From Bdellovibrionales bacterium (lineage in GTDB: Bacteria > Bdellovibrionota > Bdellovibrionia > Bdellovibrionales > UBA1609), in NCBI GenBank assembly GCA_050246815.1, contig JBFWVI010000005.1, positions 1 through 64,000 on the forward strand: a stretch of DNA of 64,000 nucleotides, given 5' to 3'. A model generated the notes under the pieces. The model was given only the letters and a program-made list of their open reading frames with translations. It did not search any database and was not told where the DNA came from. Positions 1-13,485 of the stretch are shown here, piece by piece. Made by a program: the position numbers and the translations under genes. The stretch's first letter is position 1. The number at the start of each line of letters is the position of its first letter.

Positions 1-72
1 GAATACTTTCGCATCCAGCTCGATTTCGCCGACTTTCTTTTTATCCCAATTTAAAACATCAACTTTCGCCAT
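1..72 (-). CDS. rplD: 50S ribosomal protein L4, 5' portion (runs off window)
   Basis: ATG at 72 reads MAKVDVLNWDKKKVGEIELDAKVF; lies directly after rplC in S10-operon order. Confidence 0.85.
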   Translation of the reverse strand, partial: MAKVDVLNWDKKKVGEIELDAKVF

Positions 73-76
73 GGCT

Positions 77-742
77 CTACACTTTCGTCAATTGGACTAA
101 AGAGTTGCGATGTCCCGGTACAGCGCCCTTGATCAACAAAACACTTTCATCAGGTAACACATCTACGATTTCCAAATTCAAAACAGTCGAAGTCTCAGCA
201 CCGTAGTGACCGGCCATACGCTTACCAGCGATGACCCGTCCCGGCCAAGTGCGGTTACCGACCGAACCCGGCTTGCGGTGGAAGCCCGAACCGTGAGTGG
301 CAGGACCGCCCGCGAAGCTCCAGCGGCGTACAACGCCTGAAAAACCGCGCCCTCGGCTGGTGCCAGTGACCTTTACGGTGTCACCTTTTTTAAGGCTGTC
401 AATTTCAACGCGTTGGCCGACTTCCACGCCCTCGGGCAAAGTCTGGCGCAACTCGCGCACAAACTTCGCGCCGTTTTCAAAGCCCGCGCCTTTAAGTTGT
501 GCAGCACCGGCTTTTGTACCGCGCGAAGCGCGGGCCGGACGGCAAGCCACCTGTACAGCGGCATAGCCATGCTTCTCTTTGGTTTTCAAAGCAGAAACAA
601 TCCAAGGTTCATACTTCAAAACGGTGACCGGAACGGCTTCGCCCTTGTCGTTAAACACGGTGCTCATGCCGACTTTGAAAGCGAATAAGCCACCCAGCTG
701 GATGCTTTTGCCGTCTTTTTTGGTTTCTTGAGTTTCGCTCAT
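77..742 (-). CDS. rplC: 50S ribosomal protein L3
   Basis: KVGMSTVF, GRGFSGVVRRW, THGSGFHRKPGSVG, GKRMAGHYG; start chosen at ATG 742 with SD GAGGT at 751-755. Confidence 0.97.
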   Translation of the reverse strand: MSETQETKKDGKSIQLGGLFAFKVGMSTVFNDKGEAVPVTVLKYEPWIVSALKTKEKHGYAAVQVACRPARASRGTKAGAAQLKGAGFENGAKFVRELRQTLPEGVEVGQRVEIDSLKKGDTVKVTGTSRGRGFSGVVRRWSFAGGPATHGSGFHRKPGSVGNRTWPGRVIAGKRMAGHYGAETSTVLNLEIVDVLPDESVLLIKGAVPGHRNSLVQLTKV

Positions 743-755
743 CTTCATTGACCTC

Positions 756-1073
756 TTATAGACCCGACAGTTTGATGTCGACATGCACGCCAGCCGACAA
801 ATCAAGCTTCATCAACTGATCGATGGTTTGTTGGGTCGGCTCGAGGATATCGAGCAAACGTTTGTGGGTACGCACTTCAAATTGTTCACGCGATTTTTTA
901 TCCACGTGAGGTGAACGCAAAACTGTGTAGCGATTGATGCGTGTGGGTAGCGGAATCGGGCCCGCCACGCGCGCGCCGGTGCGGCGGGCAGTGTCGACGA
1001 TTTCTTTGGTCGATTGGTCGAGCAACTTGTGGTCAAACGCTCGCAGACGGATACGGATCTTTTGACTCTGCAT
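756..1073 (-). CDS. rpsJ: 30S ribosomal protein S10
   Basis: [36 protein letters not shown]. Confidence 0.99.
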   Translation of the reverse strand: MQSQKIRIRLRAFDHKLLDQSTKEIVDTARRTGARVAGPIPLPTRINRYTVLRSPHVDKKSREQFEVRTHKRLLDILEPTQQTIDQLMKLDLSAGVHVDIKLSGL

Positions 1074-1296
1074 ATGCTTCCCTTAATATCAGCGCTCCAC
1101 ATAGTGAATCGCTCATAATGTCAGAGATTCACCAGGTGAATCTCTTACTTCTGTTTAAGCCGAACCGACTTTGCCCACCAAAAGACAAAATAGGCCCCTT
1201 TCCTCTGTATCATTTCGAATCCTGGTTTCGCGAATTTATTAGTGATTACCGCGACTTAGGACTCATATACGGAGAACAGGTGGCTACAAGGCGGGC

Positions 1297-1326
1297 AGTA
1301 TCAGTGAGCACGCCTCGGTTTGTCAA
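1297..1326 (-). promoter_or_regulatory. Putative sigma70 promoter of the S10 operon
   Basis: TTGACA-N18-GATACT about 220 nt upstream of rpsJ. Confidence 0.5.
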
Positions 1327-1344
1327 AGAAAAAGAGTCGAAATT

Positions 1345-3453
1345 TTAAGCAGATGGACGACCTAATCCGGTCAGGATCTCTTGCTCCACTTTTGGCGGCA
1401 CGACAGAGTATTGCAAAAATTCCATGCTAAATGAGGCTCGGCCTTGGCTGATTGAACGAATATCTGTCGCGTAACCGAATAGGTTCATCAAGGGAACCTC
1501 GGCATTGATCACCTGCAAACCTGCACGGGGCGCCATTTGTAGCACACGGCCACGGCGAGAGTTGATATCGGCAATCACATTGCCCATGAACTCATCAGGC
1601 GTTACAGCTTCGACCTTAAAAATGGGCTCTAAAAGCTGACTTTTGGCCGCACGAATCGCGTCACGAAAAGCTGTGGCAGAGGCCACTTTGAAAGCCATTT
1701 CGCTGGACTCCAGATCCCGCGCTACGGCTCGGGTTAAGGTGATCTTCAGATCAATCAGTGGATAGCCAGCCAACATGCCCACTTCGGCGGACTCCAAGCT
1801 CCCCGACTTTGCGGCCTCAAGGAACTCTTTTAAAAAGGGCTTTTGCACCGGAACCTTGGATTCGAAGATGATGCCTTTGCCACGCTCTTGCGGCTCGATG
1901 GTCAGCGAGACCTGGGCAAATTGTTTTTCACCAGCCACTTCCCGATCAAAGGTGCCGTCGGCGCGAGTTGGGGCGCTGATGGTTTCGCGGAAGCTGACTT
2001 GTGGTTTACCTACATTGGCCTTCACCTTGTATTCGCGCATCAGACGATCAACCAAAATGTCCAAGTGTAATTCGCCCATACCAGAAAGCAGCATTTGTCC
2101 CGTTTCTGTGTCGATGCGCACTCGACAACTAGGGTCTTCTTGTTGCAGGCGCTGAAGTCCCGCCACCATTTTTTCTTGATCGGCGGCAGACTTGGCTTCG
2201 ATCGCCACCGAGATCACGGGCTGTGGAAAGCCAATGGACTCCAAAACCACAGGGCGATGAGCATCACATAGAGTGTCCCCTGTGGCTGAAAGCTTTAACC
2301 CGATCACGGCGCCAATGTCGCCGGCTTTCAGCTGGGTGACTTCTTCGCGCGAGTTGGCGTGCAGTTTCACCAGTTTTTGAATACGCTCTTTTTTCCCCAG
2401 GCGAGGATTTAACAAAGCCTGCCCAGGCTGCACGATGCCCGAATAAACGCGAATGTACGTGAGCGAGCCGGCAAAAGGGTCCGCAGCAATTTTGAAAGCC
2501 AGCGCCACAGGTTTTTCTTCGAAATCCGTTTTGCACAGTATTTCTTTATCCGGATTCTCGGGATCGTGCCCCATCATGGCCGGCACATCCAAGGGGCTTG
2601 GCAAAAAGTCCACCACCGCATCCAACAGCGGCTGTACGCCTTTTTTCTTGAAGGCTGAGCCGCATAATACCGGCATCAATTTAATTTCGATCGTGCCCTT
2701 GCGTAAAGCAGCCTTTAATTCGGCAACAGAGATTTCGCCGCCTTCTAAGTATTTTTCAGTGAGTTTTTCATCCGCTTCGGCGGCTTTTTCGACCATTTTT
2801 TCGCGCGCAGCTTCGGCGTTTGCGCGCATATCGTCTGGAATTTCTTCCACGTTCCATTTGTCGCCGGACTCATCGTTTTGCCAACGCCATGCCTTCATGG
2901 TCAATAAATCAATCACGCCGATAAAGGCCTCTTCACTCCCCAGTGGCAGCTGAATCGGCACTGGATTTGCTCCCAGCTTTTCGATCAATGAGTTCACGCT
3001 CATTGTAAAGTCAGCACCGACCCGATCCATTTTGTTGATAAAGCAAATACGTGGAACTTGATACTTGTCTGCTTGGCGCCATACGGTTTCAGATTGTGGC
3101 TCGACACCGTTCACACCGTCGAACACCGCCACAGCCCCATCCAAAACACGCAAGCTTCGCTCCACTTCAATGGTGAAGTCCACATGTCCGGGAGTGTCGA
3201 TAAGATTGATGCGATGATCCTTCCACATCAGCATGGTTGCCGCAGAGGTGATGGTGATGCCACGCTCTTGCTCTTGCTCCATCCAATCCATGACGGTGTT
3301 GCCCTCATGAACCTCACCCATACGATGGCTTTTGCCGGAGTAAAAAAGAATCCGCTCCGAAGTCGTGGTTTTGCCAGCGTCAATATGGGCCATGATGCCG
3401 ATATTGCGGGTGAACTTGAGCTCTTCGAGTTTTTGCGGGTCTTTCGCCGACAT
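1345..3453 (-). CDS. fusA: Elongation factor G paralog with divergent domain IV (EF-G2/spdEFG2-like)
   Basis: [40 protein letters not shown]; located after rpsG; domain IV loops are non-canonical. Confidence 0.93.
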   Translation of the reverse strand: MSAKDPQKLEELKFTRNIGIMAHIDAGKTTTSERILFYSGKSHRMGEVHEGNTVMDWMEQEQERGITITSAATMLMWKDHRINLIDTPGHVDFTIEVERSLRVLDGAVAVFDGVNGVEPQSETVWRQADKYQVPRICFINKMDRVGADFTMSVNSLIEKLGANPVPIQLPLGSEEAFIGVIDLLTMKAWRWQNDESGDKWNVEEIPDDMRANAEAAREKMVEKAAEADEKLTEKYLEGGEISVAELKAALRKGTIEIKLMPVLCGSAFKKKGVQPLLDAVVDFLPSPLDVPAMMGHDPENPDKEILCKTDFEEKPVALAFKIAADPFAGSLTYIRVYSGIVQPGQALLNPRLGKKERIQKLVKLHANSREEVTQLKAGDIGAVIGLKLSATGDTLCDAHRPVVLESIGFPQPVISVAIEAKSAADQEKMVAGLQRLQQEDPSCRVRIDTETGQMLLSGMGELHLDILVDRLMREYKVKANVGKPQVSFRETISAPTRADGTFDREVAGEKQFAQVSLTIEPQERGKGIIFESKVPVQKPFLKEFLEAAKSGSLESAEVGMLAGYPLIDLKITLTRAVARDLESSEMAFKVASATAFRDAIRAAKSQLLEPIFKVEAVTPDEFMGNVIADINSRRGRVLQMAPRAGLQVINAEVPLMNLFGYATDIRSISQGRASFSMEFLQYSVVPPKVEQEILTGLGRPSA

Positions 3454-3508
3454 AGAGAATATACGCCTTATTTAAGCCTGAGCTGTCAAGAAGCCCATCC
3501 AGAAACAG

Positions 3509-3536
3509 AAAAGCCCACCTTTTAAAGTGGGCTTTT
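3509..3536 (-). terminator. Intrinsic terminator between rpsG and fusA
   Basis: AAAAGCCCAC-N8-GTGGGCTTTT inverted repeat followed by CTGTTT on the minus strand. Confidence 0.7.
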
Positions 3537-3568
3537 GCCTTTGATAACTTTCAGCAAAAAACCGAAGC

Positions 3569-4042
3569 TTACCAGTTATAGTGCGAGAATGCCTTGTTGG
3601 CTTCGGCCATACGGTGAACGTCTTCACGTTTTTTGATGGCGTTACCACGGTTGTTGTAAGCATCAGCCAATTCCGCGGCCAAACGTTGGGCCATCGATTT
3701 TTCGCCACGCTCGCGGGCGTTGATGATCAACCAGCGCATTGCCAAGGTCAGACGGCGCGAGGGGCGGACGTCAACGGGAACTTGGTAAGTGGCACCACCC
3801 ACGCGGCGTGAGCGGACTTCCAGGTTCGGTTTGCAATTTTCGATGGCTTTTTTGAAAACGGTCAACGGCTCTTCGCCAGTGACTTTGGCACGCAACTCAT
3901 CCAAGGCGCCGTACACGATGCCTTGAGCAGTGCTTTTCTTACCTTGCCACATGATCTTGTTCACGAACTTCGAAACTACAACATCGTTGTAAATGGGATC
4001 GGGACCAATTTCGCGACGATCTGCGCTCTTACGACGAGACAT
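3569..4042 (-). CDS. rpsG: 30S ribosomal protein S7
   Basis: [37 protein letters not shown]. Confidence 0.99.
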   Translation of the reverse strand: MSRRKSADRREIGPDPIYNDVVVSKFVNKIMWQGKKSTAQGIVYGALDELRAKVTGEEPLTVFKKAIENCKPNLEVRSRRVGGATYQVPVDVRPSRRLTLAMRWLIINARERGEKSMAQRLAAELADAYNNRGNAIKKREDVHRMAEANKAFSHYNW

Positions 4043-4052
4043 GAATCAACCT

Positions 4053-4430
4053 CTAAGCTTTCTTCGGGCGCTTGGCGCCGTACTTTGAACGACTACGCAT
4101 ACGATTTTGCACGCCTTGTGTATCCAAAACACCGCGCACGATATGATAACGAACACCTGGCAAATCTTTTACCCGGCCGCCACGAACCAAGACCACGCTG
4201 TGTTCTTGCAGGTTATGGCCGATACCAGGGATGTACGAGATCACTTCGAAACCATTCGATAAACGAACTTTAGCGACTTTGCGAAGTGCCGAATTCGGCT
4301 TCTTCGGAGTCGTGGTGTACACCCGGGTGCAAACGCCACGGCGTTGTGGGCAGCTATCCAGTGCAGGCGCTTTTGATTTGTACTTTTGCGCCTGGCGCGA
4401 TTTGCGAATCAATTGGTTAATTGTGGGCAT
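4053..4430 (-). CDS. rpsL: 30S ribosomal protein S12
   Basis: [33 protein letters not shown]. Confidence 0.99.
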   Translation of the reverse strand: MPTINQLIRKSRQAQKYKSKAPALDSCPQRRGVCTRVYTTTPKKPNSALRKVAKVRLSNGFEVISYIPGIGHNLQEHSVVLVRGGRVKDLPGVRYHIVRGVLDTQGVQNRMRSRSKYGAKRPKKA

Positions 4431-4473
4431 TCCAACCTCTTAAAAATCAAACTTCCTAGTCAAAGAATCCAGG

Positions 4474-4503
4474 AACCTAATCAATTTTGACCAGTTTCGT
4501 CAA
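4474..4503 (-). promoter_or_regulatory. Putative sigma70 promoter of rpsL
   Basis: TTGACG-N18-TAGGTT upstream of the rpsL SD GAGG. Confidence 0.5.
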
Positions 4504-4615
4504 CCGGTTTACGAACTCATTTCAGGCTTTTAGCCGCCAGCCCCTGACGGGACCGGCGTCCGCGGCGCCAAAGCCGCTTTAAACGAATACGAACTCACCC
4601 CGCTTTTGCAGGTGA

Positions 4616-7600
4616 TTAGCTCATCTGCGCTGACGTTTGAGCCGCTGCTCCCATGCCAGGCAAGAATGAAGCCGGGGTTTCGTCCACGTCAGTAACGGCA
4701 ATTCGTGCCTTTTTATAGACACTTAAGCCAGTTCCAGCCGGAATCAAGCGACCCATGATGATGTTTTCTTTAAGGCCACGTAGACCATCGGTTTTCGAGT
4801 TGATCGCCGCTTCAGTCAAAACCTTGGTTGTTTCTTGGAAGGACGCAGCCGAAATCCAACTGTCGGTGCTCAAAGAGACTTTGGTGATACCCAAAAGTAG
4901 GGGGTCCGCCGCTGCCGGACGACCGCCTTCTTTCATCACTTTGTTATTTTCATCTTCGAACTCGAATTTCTCGACCTGCTCGCCCGACAAGAATCGCGCA
5001 TCGCCGGTGTCGCGGACCTCAACTTTACGCAACATCTGGCGAACGATCACTTCGATGTGCTTGTCGTTGATACCCACACCTTGCAGACGATAAACCTCTT
5101 GAATCTCGTTGACCAGATACGCAGCTAGCGCCTTGTCGCCCAAGACCTTCAAGATGTCATGCGGATTGCTGGGGCCATCCATCAAGGCTTCACCAGCCTT
5201 CACGAATTCGCCTTCGCGAACCGCCACGTGTTTACCTTTAGGAATCAAATATTCCTTTTGTTCGCCCACTTCCGGAGTAACGATCACACGCTGTTTACCT
5301 TTGACGTCTTTACCAAAGGTCACATAGCCATCGATCTCAGAAATGATCGCCGCTTCTTTCGGTTTACGAGCTTCGAACAATTCCGCAACGCGCGGCAGAC
5401 CGCCCGTGATATCACGAGTTTTGGTGGTCTCACGGTGGATCTTTGCCACCACATCACCGGCGTGCACTTCTTGAGTGTCGGTCACCATCAACTGAGCACC
5501 GACCGGAATCACGTAGCGAGCCGGAATATTTCGCCCGGGCAAAGCTTGGATCTGGCCTTTGCCATCCGCCAATAAGACGGTGGGTTTGGCGTCAGTGCCT
5601 TTGGTTTCAGTGATCACTTTGGTTGCGAAACCGGTCACCGCGTCGACCTGTTCGGCCATGGTGACACCCTCTTCGATGTCCTGGAACTGGACAACACCCG
5701 AGACGTCCGCCACGATGGGATTCGAGTACGGATCCCACTCGGCAAGCACATCGCCTTTTTTGACGTCGCTGCCTTCTTTCACATTCAAGATCGAGCCGTA
5801 GACAAGCTTAAAGCGCTCACGCTCGCGGCCGCTGGCGTCGATCAGGATCAAATCACCGTTACGGTTCATGACCGTCAGTTTGCCAGTGCGGTTTACAACA
5901 AAGTGAACGTCTTGGAATTTCACTTTGCCCTCATGACGGGCGGTGTGCACCGATTGTTCAACCGCGCGCGATGCCGCACCACCCAAGTGGAACGTACGCA
6001 TGGTCAGCTGAGTACCAGGTTCACCGATCGACTGTGCTGCGATGATACCGACCGCTTCGCCCAAGTTCACCATCAAACCACGAGCCAAATCACGCCCGTA
6101 GCACTTGATACAAACGCCGCGGCGAGTTCGGCAGGTCAAAGTCGAGCGGATCTTCACGCGCTCGATACCCACTTCATCCACGCGCTTAACGATTTCTTCG
6201 GTGATCTCTTCGTTGGCTCGGCAAATCACTTCTTCGGTGTAAGGATCGCGAATCTCTTCAAGAGCCGTACGACCTAAAACGCGTTCGCCCAAGGGCTGGA
6301 TCACTTCGCCGCCTTCAAGCAGCGGAGTGACGTCCATACCGTCGTTGGCCCCGCAATCCAATTCCGTGATCACGATGTCTTGAGCCACGTCAACCAAACG
6401 ACGAGTCAGGTAACCTGAGTTCGCGGTTTTCAGGGCGGTATCGGCCAAACCTTTACGCGCGCCGTGTGTCGAAATGAAGTATTCAAGAACCGAAAGGCCT
6501 TCGCGGAAATTCGCGGTAATCGGCGACTCGATGATCGCGCCCGAGGGCTTGGCCATCAAACCACGCATACCTGCCAACTGACGAATCTGAGCCGCAGAGC
6601 CCCGGGCTCCTGAATCCGCCATGATGAAGATCGGATTGAAGCTGGCACTTTCAACCTTTTTGCCATCGACTTCAAAGCTTTGCTTCTCAAGCTGACTCAT
6701 CATCTCTTTGGCAACTTTGTCGGCACACTGAGCCCAAATATCCACCACTTTATTGTAGCGTTCGCCGTCGGTGATCAAACCTTCGTCGTACTGCTGGCGA
6801 ATCTCTTGAACTTGCTTTTCGGAATCTTTGATCAGTGGGATTTTTTGTGCCGGAATCGAAAGATCGTCCAAGCAAATCGAAATGCCCGCCAAAGTCGAAT
6901 AGCGGAAACCAAGCGACATCAACTTATCGGCTAAAATCACCGTGGCTTTTGCGCCTGCCAAACGGAAAGATTTGTCGACCAATTCAGCCAATGCTTTTTT
7001 ATTCATCACACGGTTAACGGCCTCAAACGGCACGCCATCGGGGACGATATCGCTGAAGATTGCACGGCCAACGCTGGTTTCTTGAGTTTTGCCTTTGATA
7101 CGACACTTGATCGCCGCTTGCAAATCCACATGACCTGTTTCAAATGCAAACAACACATCTTCGCTACTTGGGAAGATACGACCCGTGCCTTTGGCGCCTG
7201 GGCGAATACGAGTCATCCAGTAGATACCAAGCACAACGTCTTGAGTGGCGTTGATAATGGGCTTGCCGTTGGCGGGGCTTAAGATGTTGTTGGTCGACAT
7301 CATCAAAACGCGGGCTTCAACCTGCGCTTCAACAGAAAGCGGAACGTGGACGGCCATTTGGTCACCGTCAAAGTCGGCGTTGAACGCGGTACAAACCAAG
7401 GGGTGAAGCTGGATCGCTTTACCTTCATGCAAGACCGGCTCAAAAGCTTGAATACCAAGTCTATGCAGCGTTGGAGCGCGGTTCAATAGGACAGGATGCT
7501 CTTTCACCACGTCGGCCAGGATATCCCAAACCTCAACGGTCTCTTGCTCCACAAGCTTTTTGGCTTGTTTGATGGTTGTGGCCAAGCCACGCTCTTCCAA

Positions 7601-8752
7601 TTTGTTGTAAACGAACGGCTTAAAGAGCTCGAGCGCCATTTTCTTGGGCAGCCCGCACTGGTGCAGACGAAGATTCGGCCCCACCACGATCACAGAACGG
7701 CCCGAATAATCGACACGCTTACCCAACAAGTTTTGACGGAAACGACCTTGTTTGCCTTTGAGCATATCGCTCAAAGAACGCAAAGGCCGCTTGTTCGGGC
7801 CTGTAAAAGTCTTACCGCGACGGCCGTTGTCCAACAGGGCATCCACCGACTCCTGCAACATCCGTTTTTCGTTGCGGATGATGATATCGGGTGCGTTCAG
7901 CTCTTGCAGACGCTTCAAACGGTTATTACGGTTGATCACGCGACGATAAAGATCGTTCAAATCCGAAGTGGCGAAACGACCGCCATCCAACGGCACAAGC
8001 GGTCGCAAATCCGGCGGAATGACCGGAACCACGTCGAGCATCATCCATTCGGGCTTGTTGACCGAGCCCTTGAAGGCTTCGACTACTTTCAAGCGCTTAG
8101 TGATCTTTTTGATCGCGGTTTCCGATTTGGTTTCCTTCAACTCCAAGCGCAATTTGCGCGACAAGAAGTCCGGATCCACTTTGCGAAGTAAGTCTTTGAC
8201 GGCTTCGCCGCCCATAACGGCTTTGAAGTTGGGACCGAATTCGTTCAAGGCGTTTTGATAAGCCTCTTCTGGCAAAACTTGACCTTCTTCGAGTGAGGTT
8301 TCCATGGGGTCCGTGACCACATAGGCTTCACAGTAAAGAACGCGTTCGACGTCCTTTAAGCTCATATCAAGCAAGTTGCCGATACGAGACGGTAAGGACC
8401 GCAAGAACCAAATATGAGCGACCGGGGTCGCCAATTCGATATGGCCTAGGCGTTCACGACGCACTTTGCTCTGTGTGACTTCGACGCCGCACTTTTCGCA
8501 AATTACGCCACGGTACTTCATACGCTTGTACTTACCGCACAGGCATTCGTAGTCTTTGATAGGACCAAAGATCTTGGCGCAGAACAGACCATCACGTTCG
8601 GGCTTGAATGTCCGATAATTGATGGTTTCTGGTTTTTTCACTTCACCAAATGACCATTCACGAATCATCTCAGGCGAGGCCAAAGAGATGCGAACGGCAT
8701 CAAATGAGAGCGGATCTTTGGGTTTGTCGAAAAAGTTTAATAAATCCTTCAC
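4616..8752 (-). CDS. rpoC: RNA polymerase beta' subunit
   Basis: NADFDGD catalytic motif, Zn ribbon [22 protein letters not shown]; 1378 aa. Confidence 0.99.
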   Translation of the reverse strand: MKDLLNFFDKPKDPLSFDAVRISLASPEMIREWSFGEVKKPETINYRTFKPERDGLFCAKIFGPIKDYECLCGKYKRMKYRGVICEKCGVEVTQSKVRRERLGHIELATPVAHIWFLRSLPSRIGNLLDMSLKDVERVLYCEAYVVTDPMETSLEEGQVLPEEAYQNALNEFGPNFKAVMGGEAVKDLLRKVDPDFLSRKLRLELKETKSETAIKKITKRLKVVEAFKGSVNKPEWMMLDVVPVIPPDLRPLVPLDGGRFATSDLNDLYRRVINRNNRLKRLQELNAPDIIIRNEKRMLQESVDALLDNGRRGKTFTGPNKRPLRSLSDMLKGKQGRFRQNLLGKRVDYSGRSVIVVGPNLRLHQCGLPKKMALELFKPFVYNKLEERGLATTIKQAKKLVEQETVEVWDILADVVKEHPVLLNRAPTLHRLGIQAFEPVLHEGKAIQLHPLVCTAFNADFDGDQMAVHVPLSVEAQVEARVLMMSTNNILSPANGKPIINATQDVVLGIYWMTRIRPGAKGTGRIFPSSEDVLFAFETGHVDLQAAIKCRIKGKTQETSVGRAIFSDIVPDGVPFEAVNRVMNKKALAELVDKSFRLAGAKATVILADKLMSLGFRYSTLAGISICLDDLSIPAQKIPLIKDSEKQVQEIRQQYDEGLITDGERYNKVVDIWAQCADKVAKEMMSQLEKQSFEVDGKKVESASFNPIFIMADSGARGSAAQIRQLAGMRGLMAKPSGAIIESPITANFREGLSVLEYFISTHGARKGLADTALKTANSGYLTRRLVDVAQDIVITELDCGANDGMDVTPLLEGGEVIQPLGERVLGRTALEEIRDPYTEEVICRANEEITEEIVKRVDEVGIERVKIRSTLTCRTRRGVCIKCYGRDLARGLMVNLGEAVGIIAAQSIGEPGTQLTMRTFHLGGAASRAVEQSVHTARHEGKVKFQDVHFVVNRTGKLTVMNRNGDLILIDASGRERERFKLVYGSILNVKEGSDVKKGDVLAEWDPYSNPIVADVSGVVQFQDIEEGVTMAEQVDAVTGFATKVITETKGTDAKPTVLLADGKGQIQALPGRNIPARYVIPVGAQLMVTDTQEVHAGDVVAKIHRETTKTRDITGGLPRVAELFEARKPKEAAIISEIDGYVTFGKDVKGKQRVIVTPEVGEQKEYLIPKGKHVAVREGEFVKAGEALMDGPSNPHDILKVLGDKALAAYLVNEIQEVYRLQGVGINDKHIEVIVRQMLRKVEVRDTGDARFLSGEQVEKFEFEDENNKVMKEGGRPAAADPLLLGITKVSLSTDSWISAASFQETTKVLTEAAINSKTDGLRGLKENIIMGRLIPAGTGLSVYKKARIAVTDVDETPASFLPGMGAAAQTSAQMS

Positions 8753-8767
8753 GCGTGACCCCTAAAG

Positions 8768-11700
8768 TTATTGTTCGACCGGTGTTTGTTGTTCGCCGCC
8801 GTTGGGTCGCTCGGTCAGAATATCCGACTCGATCAACTCCACATTCAGCGCCAAGCTCTGCAGTTCCTTCACCAAAACGTTGAAGGATTCTGGCAAGCCC
8901 GGTTCCAGCACGTTTTCGCCCTTGACGATACTTTCATACATGCGAGTGCGGCCCGCGACGTCATCCGACTTCACGGTCAAGAACTCCTGCAAGCTGTAAG
9001 CGGCGCCGTAAGCTTCGATTGCCCACACTTCCATCTCCCCAAGCCGCTGACCACCGAATTGAGCTTTACCGCCCAAGGGCTGTTGCGAAACGAGTGAGTA
9101 CGGACCAATCGAACGCGCGTGAATCTTTTCTTCGACCAAGTGATGCAGTTTGAGCATGTACATAATGCCCACGGTGACCGGCATTTGGAACGGCTCGCCG
9201 GTACGACCGTCGAACAGCACAGTTTGCCCCGAAAGCGGCAGCTTGGCCTTTCGCAATAGATCTTTGACGTCAGTTTCTTTGGCACCATCGAACACCGGTG
9301 TACCCACGTGCACGCCGTCTTTCATTGCCACCAACATTTTCTTGAGCGAAGCATCATCGGCGTTTTCAATTCGATCCGCCAGTGAGGCTTCCTCTTGGAA
9401 AATGCCTTTCATCTCTTTACGAGCTTCTTCGGCTTTGAAATTGTCGATGTGCTTTTGCAACTGCTGGCCCAGCGAGTAGGCGGCCCAGCCCAAATGCACT
9501 TCCAAAATCTGACCGATGTTCATCCGCGAAGGAACGCCCAAGGGATTCAAGACCATGTCCACCGGGCGACCGTCCGCCAGATAGGGCATGTCTTCCGCAG
9601 GCAAGACTTTCGAGATCACACCTTTGTTCCCGTGACGGCCGGCAAACTTGTCGCCGACCTGAAGCTTACGCTTGATGGCGATGTAAACCTTCACCATCTT
9701 GATCACGCCCGGAGGTAATTCGTCACCTTTGGTCAGGCGGTCCATCTTCTCATTGAACACCATTTTCACAGCATCCAACTGGTTACGGGCCGCATCGACA
9801 ATGCGGGTTACTTGGTACTCAAGCTCCGACTCCAGGGGAATGTAGCTGAGAAGTTCAAACGGGATTGTTTCCAAATCCTCGTCTTTGATAGTTTGGCCTT
9901 TAGACAATAGCTTGTCGGAACCATCTTCACTCAGCAACACACCTGTGGTGATTTTACCCACCAAGATATCTTTAAGCTTATCCAATGAGTTGTTGCGGAT
10001 GACGTTCTGCTCAACGCCGTAGTCTTTTTCAAGCTTTTTACGTTTATCCTGGATGATCGACTGCAGCCGTTCGTCGCGGTCTGAGGCCTCGCGGCTATAG
10101 ACCTGAGCGTCGATCACAGTGCCGTAAACACCCGACGGTACTCTCAGCGAGGTGTCGCGCACATCACCGGCTTTTTCGCCGAAGATCGCGCGCAGCAGTT
10201 TCTCTTCTGGCGACAACTGAGTTTCGCCTTTGGGAGTCACCTTACCGACCAAAACGTCGCCTGGACGCACCTCCGCGCCGATGCGGATGATACCGCTGGT
10301 GTCGAGATCTTTCAGTGCCTCTTCGCCGACGTTGGCGATATCACGCGAAATCTCTTCTTTACCCAGCTTGGTGTCACGCGCCACACACTCGAACTCTTCA
10401 ATATGAATTGAAGTGTAGGTGTCGTCTTTGATCAGACGCTCGTTGATCAGGATCGAATCCTCGAAGTTATAGCCCATCCAAGGCATGAACGCGACCAGGA
10501 TGTTTTGGCCCAAAGCCAATTCACCAAGCTCGGTCGAAGGCCCGTCCGCGATCACATCTGTACGCTTCACACGGTCGCCCACCTTCACGATGGGCTTTTG
10601 GTTAAAGCAGGTGTTCTGGTTGGTGCGTTGATATTTGGTCAAATTGTAGATGTCGACGTTGGCACCGAGTTCGCCGCCTTTGGCGAAACGACGCACGACT
10701 ACGCGCGAGGCATCCACTTCCTCCACAATACCGTCATTGGTGCAAACCACCGAAGTTCCCGAGTCGCGAGCGACCAGGGCTTCCACGCCGGTGCCAACCA
10801 ATGGGGCACGCGATTTGAGCAGCGGCACGGCTTGGCGTTGCATGTTCGAACCCATCAAGGCGCGGTTCGCATCATCATGTTCAAGGAAAGGAATCAATGA
10901 GGCCGCGATCGACACCAGCTGGCTGGGCGATACGTCCATCAAGGATACTTTGTCTTTTTCAACCAATTCGTATTCACCATTGCAACGGACCGTGAGGTTG
11001 TTCACAGCCAATTTATTCTTATCGACGTCCTTGCCCGCTTCAGCAATATAGTGGCCCGCTTCTTCCAGAGCCGACATATAAATGATGTCGTCAGAGACTT
11101 TGGCTTCTTGCACTTTGCGGTACGGAGTTTCGATGAAACCGTAAGAATTGATACGCGCGAAAGTCGCCAAGCTTGCGATCAAACCGATGTTCGGGCCTTC
11201 TGGAGTTTCGATCGGGCAAATGCGACCATAGTGAGTCGGATGCACGTCACGAACCTCGAAGCCCGCACGATCACGGGTCAAACCGCCCGGGCCAAGGGCC
11301 GACAGACGACGTTTGTGCGTGATTTCCGAAAGCGGATTAGTTTGATCCATAAACTGGCTGAGCTGACTTGAGCCGAAGAACTCTTTGACAACCGCATTCA
11401 CCGGCTTGGCGTTCACCAAATCGTGCGGCATCATGGTTTCGACATCTTGCAAGCTCATGCGCTCGCGAATGGCGCGCTCCATACGAACCAATCCGATGCG
11501 GTATTGGTTTTCAAGCAATTCACCCACCGAACGAACGCGACGGTTACCCAAGTGATCGATATCGTCGATCTGGCCTTGGCCGTTTTTCAGGTCTATCAAT
11601 GTGGCCACAACCGACAAAATATCCTTCTCGGTCAAGGTGCGGTGATCAACGGGGCATTCTTCAAAAGGAATACTGAAGCGATGATTGATTTTCAAACGGC

Positions 11701-12934
11701 CGACTTCGCTCAAATCATAAGTTTCAGGATCAAAGAACAAGCGCTGAAAGAAGCCGGTTGCTGCCTCTAGCGTGGGTGGCTCACCCGGGCGCAGACGCTT
11801 GTAGATTTCGATCAGCGATTCATCTTTGGTGGTCACTTTGTCGACCAGCAAAGTGTTGCGCAGATACGGCCCCACAGCCAAGCCATCGAAGAAAATCAAC
11901 GTGAATTCAGTGATGCCCGCCTCGCGCGCGCGATCAATGATGTCGTTGGTGATCTCTTGATTGACGTCGGCGATGATCTCACCGGTGGATTCATCGATGA
12001 CCGGTCGAGCGATGACCTTGCCGTCAAGCTCGTCACGCGGCACTTCGATTTCTTCCAGCCCCAGTTGTTTTACTTTTTTGACGGCTGCACGGGTAATGCG
12101 GCGACCCGCTTTGACCACCACTTCGCCCGATTTCGCATCGATGATGTCTGAAGGCGCGCGCTGGCCCGACATGCGCTCAATGTCCAAAGTGCGCAAAAGC
12201 TTTCCGGCCTTGTCGATACGGACTTTGTCCAAATGATAGAACTTTTCGAGCAGCTTTTCTGTCGAATAGCCCAGAGCTTTCAATAAAATGGTCACCGGGA
12301 ATTTGCGGCGACGATCGATACGAACGTACAGCAAGTCTTTTTGGTCGAACTCAAAATCTAACCAAGAACCACGATAAGGAATGACGCGTGCGGAGTAGAT
12401 GAGCTTACCGCTGGCATTGTTTTTACCTTCATCATGGTCAAAGAACACACCAGGAGAACGATGCAACTGGCTGACCACCACGCGCTCAGTACCGTTGATG
12501 ATGAAAGAACCATTGGTCGTCATCAAAGGGATTTCGCCCAGATAGACCTCCTGCTCCTTCACATCGCGAATGCTGCGAGCTTCGGTTTCTTCGTTGACGT
12601 CAAAAACGATCAGACGAAGCGTCACCTTGATCGGCGCCGCGTAAGTCATGCCACGTTGGCGGCATTCATCCACGTCATACTTTGGGGGTTCCAGTGTGTA
12701 ACTGACGAACTCCAAACTTGCCGTGTTGTTGAAATCCGAAATCGGAAAAACCGATTTGAAAACGCCTTGCAAGCCGGTGTCGGTACGACGGTCCGGGTCC
12801 ACGTCTTTCTGCAAAAAAGCCTCATAGGACTTCTTTTGCAGCTCGATGAGATTTGGGATCTCAAGGAATTGCGTGGTTTTGGAAAACACTCGGCGCAACC
12901 GCAGGTTGGAGGCCGTTACCGGAGTGCGATTCAT
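8768..12934 (-). CDS. rpoB: RNA polymerase beta subunit
   Basis: [49 protein letters not shown]; 1388 aa. Confidence 0.99.
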   Translation of the reverse strand: MNRTPVTASNLRLRRVFSKTTQFLEIPNLIELQKKSYEAFLQKDVDPDRRTDTGLQGVFKSVFPISDFNNTASLEFVSYTLEPPKYDVDECRQRGMTYAAPIKVTLRLIVFDVNEETEARSIRDVKEQEVYLGEIPLMTTNGSFIINGTERVVVSQLHRSPGVFFDHDEGKNNASGKLIYSARVIPYRGSWLDFEFDQKDLLYVRIDRRRKFPVTILLKALGYSTEKLLEKFYHLDKVRIDKAGKLLRTLDIERMSGQRAPSDIIDAKSGEVVVKAGRRITRAAVKKVKQLGLEEIEVPRDELDGKVIARPVIDESTGEIIADVNQEITNDIIDRAREAGITEFTLIFFDGLAVGPYLRNTLLVDKVTTKDESLIEIYKRLRPGEPPTLEAATGFFQRLFFDPETYDLSEVGRLKINHRFSIPFEECPVDHRTLTEKDILSVVATLIDLKNGQGQIDDIDHLGNRRVRSVGELLENQYRIGLVRMERAIRERMSLQDVETMMPHDLVNAKPVNAVVKEFFGSSQLSQFMDQTNPLSEITHKRRLSALGPGGLTRDRAGFEVRDVHPTHYGRICPIETPEGPNIGLIASLATFARINSYGFIETPYRKVQEAKVSDDIIYMSALEEAGHYIAEAGKDVDKNKLAVNNLTVRCNGEYELVEKDKVSLMDVSPSQLVSIAASLIPFLEHDDANRALMGSNMQRQAVPLLKSRAPLVGTGVEALVARDSGTSVVCTNDGIVEEVDASRVVVRRFAKGGELGANVDIYNLTKYQRTNQNTCFNQKPIVKVGDRVKRTDVIADGPSTELGELALGQNILVAFMPWMGYNFEDSILINERLIKDDTYTSIHIEEFECVARDTKLGKEEISRDIANVGEEALKDLDTSGIIRIGAEVRPGDVLVGKVTPKGETQLSPEEKLLRAIFGEKAGDVRDTSLRVPSGVYGTVIDAQVYSREASDRDERLQSIIQDKRKKLEKDYGVEQNVIRNNSLDKLKDILVGKITTGVLLSEDGSDKLLSKGQTIKDEDLETIPFELLSYIPLESELEYQVTRIVDAARNQLDAVKMVFNEKMDRLTKGDELPPGVIKMVKVYIAIKRKLQVGDKFAGRHGNKGVISKVLPAEDMPYLADGRPVDMVLNPLGVPSRMNIGQILEVHLGWAAYSLGQQLQKHIDNFKAEEARKEMKGIFQEEASLADRIENADDASLKKMLVAMKDGVHVGTPVFDGAKETDVKDLLRKAKLPLSGQTVLFDGRTGEPFQMPVTVGIMYMLKLHHLVEEKIHARSIGPYSLVSQQPLGGKAQFGGQRLGEMEVWAIEAYGAAYSLQEFLTVKSDDVAGRTRMYESIVKGENVLEPGLPESFNVLVKELQSLALNVELIESDILTERPNGGEQQTPVEQ

Positions 12935-13072
12935 CCTATCTCCTTATGTCTTCTTTCAAGAAGACCTTCTCTTCGATTGGGTCAAAGGCCCATCACAGGC
13001 CCTCGACTCCGATTAAAACAGAATACGAAAAAACAGTCTTAAAGGTCTCAAGCGGGCCCTTAAGAAATGCAA

Positions 13073-13450
13073 TTACTTGATGTCGACTTTTGCACCGGCT
13101 TTGGTCAAAACGTCTTTCATTTTGGCGGCTTCGTCTTTCGACACGCCTTCTTTAACGGCTTTGGGAGCGCCTTCAACCAAGTCTTTGGCTTCTTTCAAGC
13201 CCAGACCCGTCAAAGCACGAACTTCCTTAATGACGTTAATCTTGTTAGCGCCACCGTCGGTCAACATAACGGTGAATTCGGTTTTTTCTTCCGCAGGAGC
13301 ACCAGCTGCAGCACCAGGAGCGGCAACGGCAACAGCAGCAGCTGCGGCACTCACGCCCCATTTCTCTTCAAGATCTTTGATCATTTGTGCCAGTTCAATC
13401 ACCGGCATTGCCGACAAATAATCCACAACTTGTTCACGATTCAGACTCAT
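13073..13450 (-). CDS. rplL: 50S ribosomal protein L7/L12
   Basis: Ala-rich hinge, [30 protein letters not shown]. Confidence 0.99.
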   Translation of the reverse strand: MSLNREQVVDYLSAMPVIELAQMIKDLEEKWGVSAAAAAVAVAAPGAAAGAPAEEKTEFTVMLTDGGANKINVIKEVRALTGLGLKEAKDLVEGAPKAVKEGVSKDEAAKMKDVLTKAGAKVDIK

Positions 13451-13485
13451 AAAATATCCTCCAATAGATACTTAATTAAATTTAG

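Noticed and set aside
8752..8768. Possible rpoB-rpoC fusion or inteins
   Set aside because: rpoB ends in TAA with a 15-nt gap before the rpoC GTG; lengths are ordinary and I saw no intein motifs
4755..13042. Many long plus-strand ORFs opposite rpoC and rpoB (e.g. 7496-8191, 12434-13042)
   Set aside because: Antisense shadows caused by codon bias in highly expressed genes; no SD or recognisable motifs
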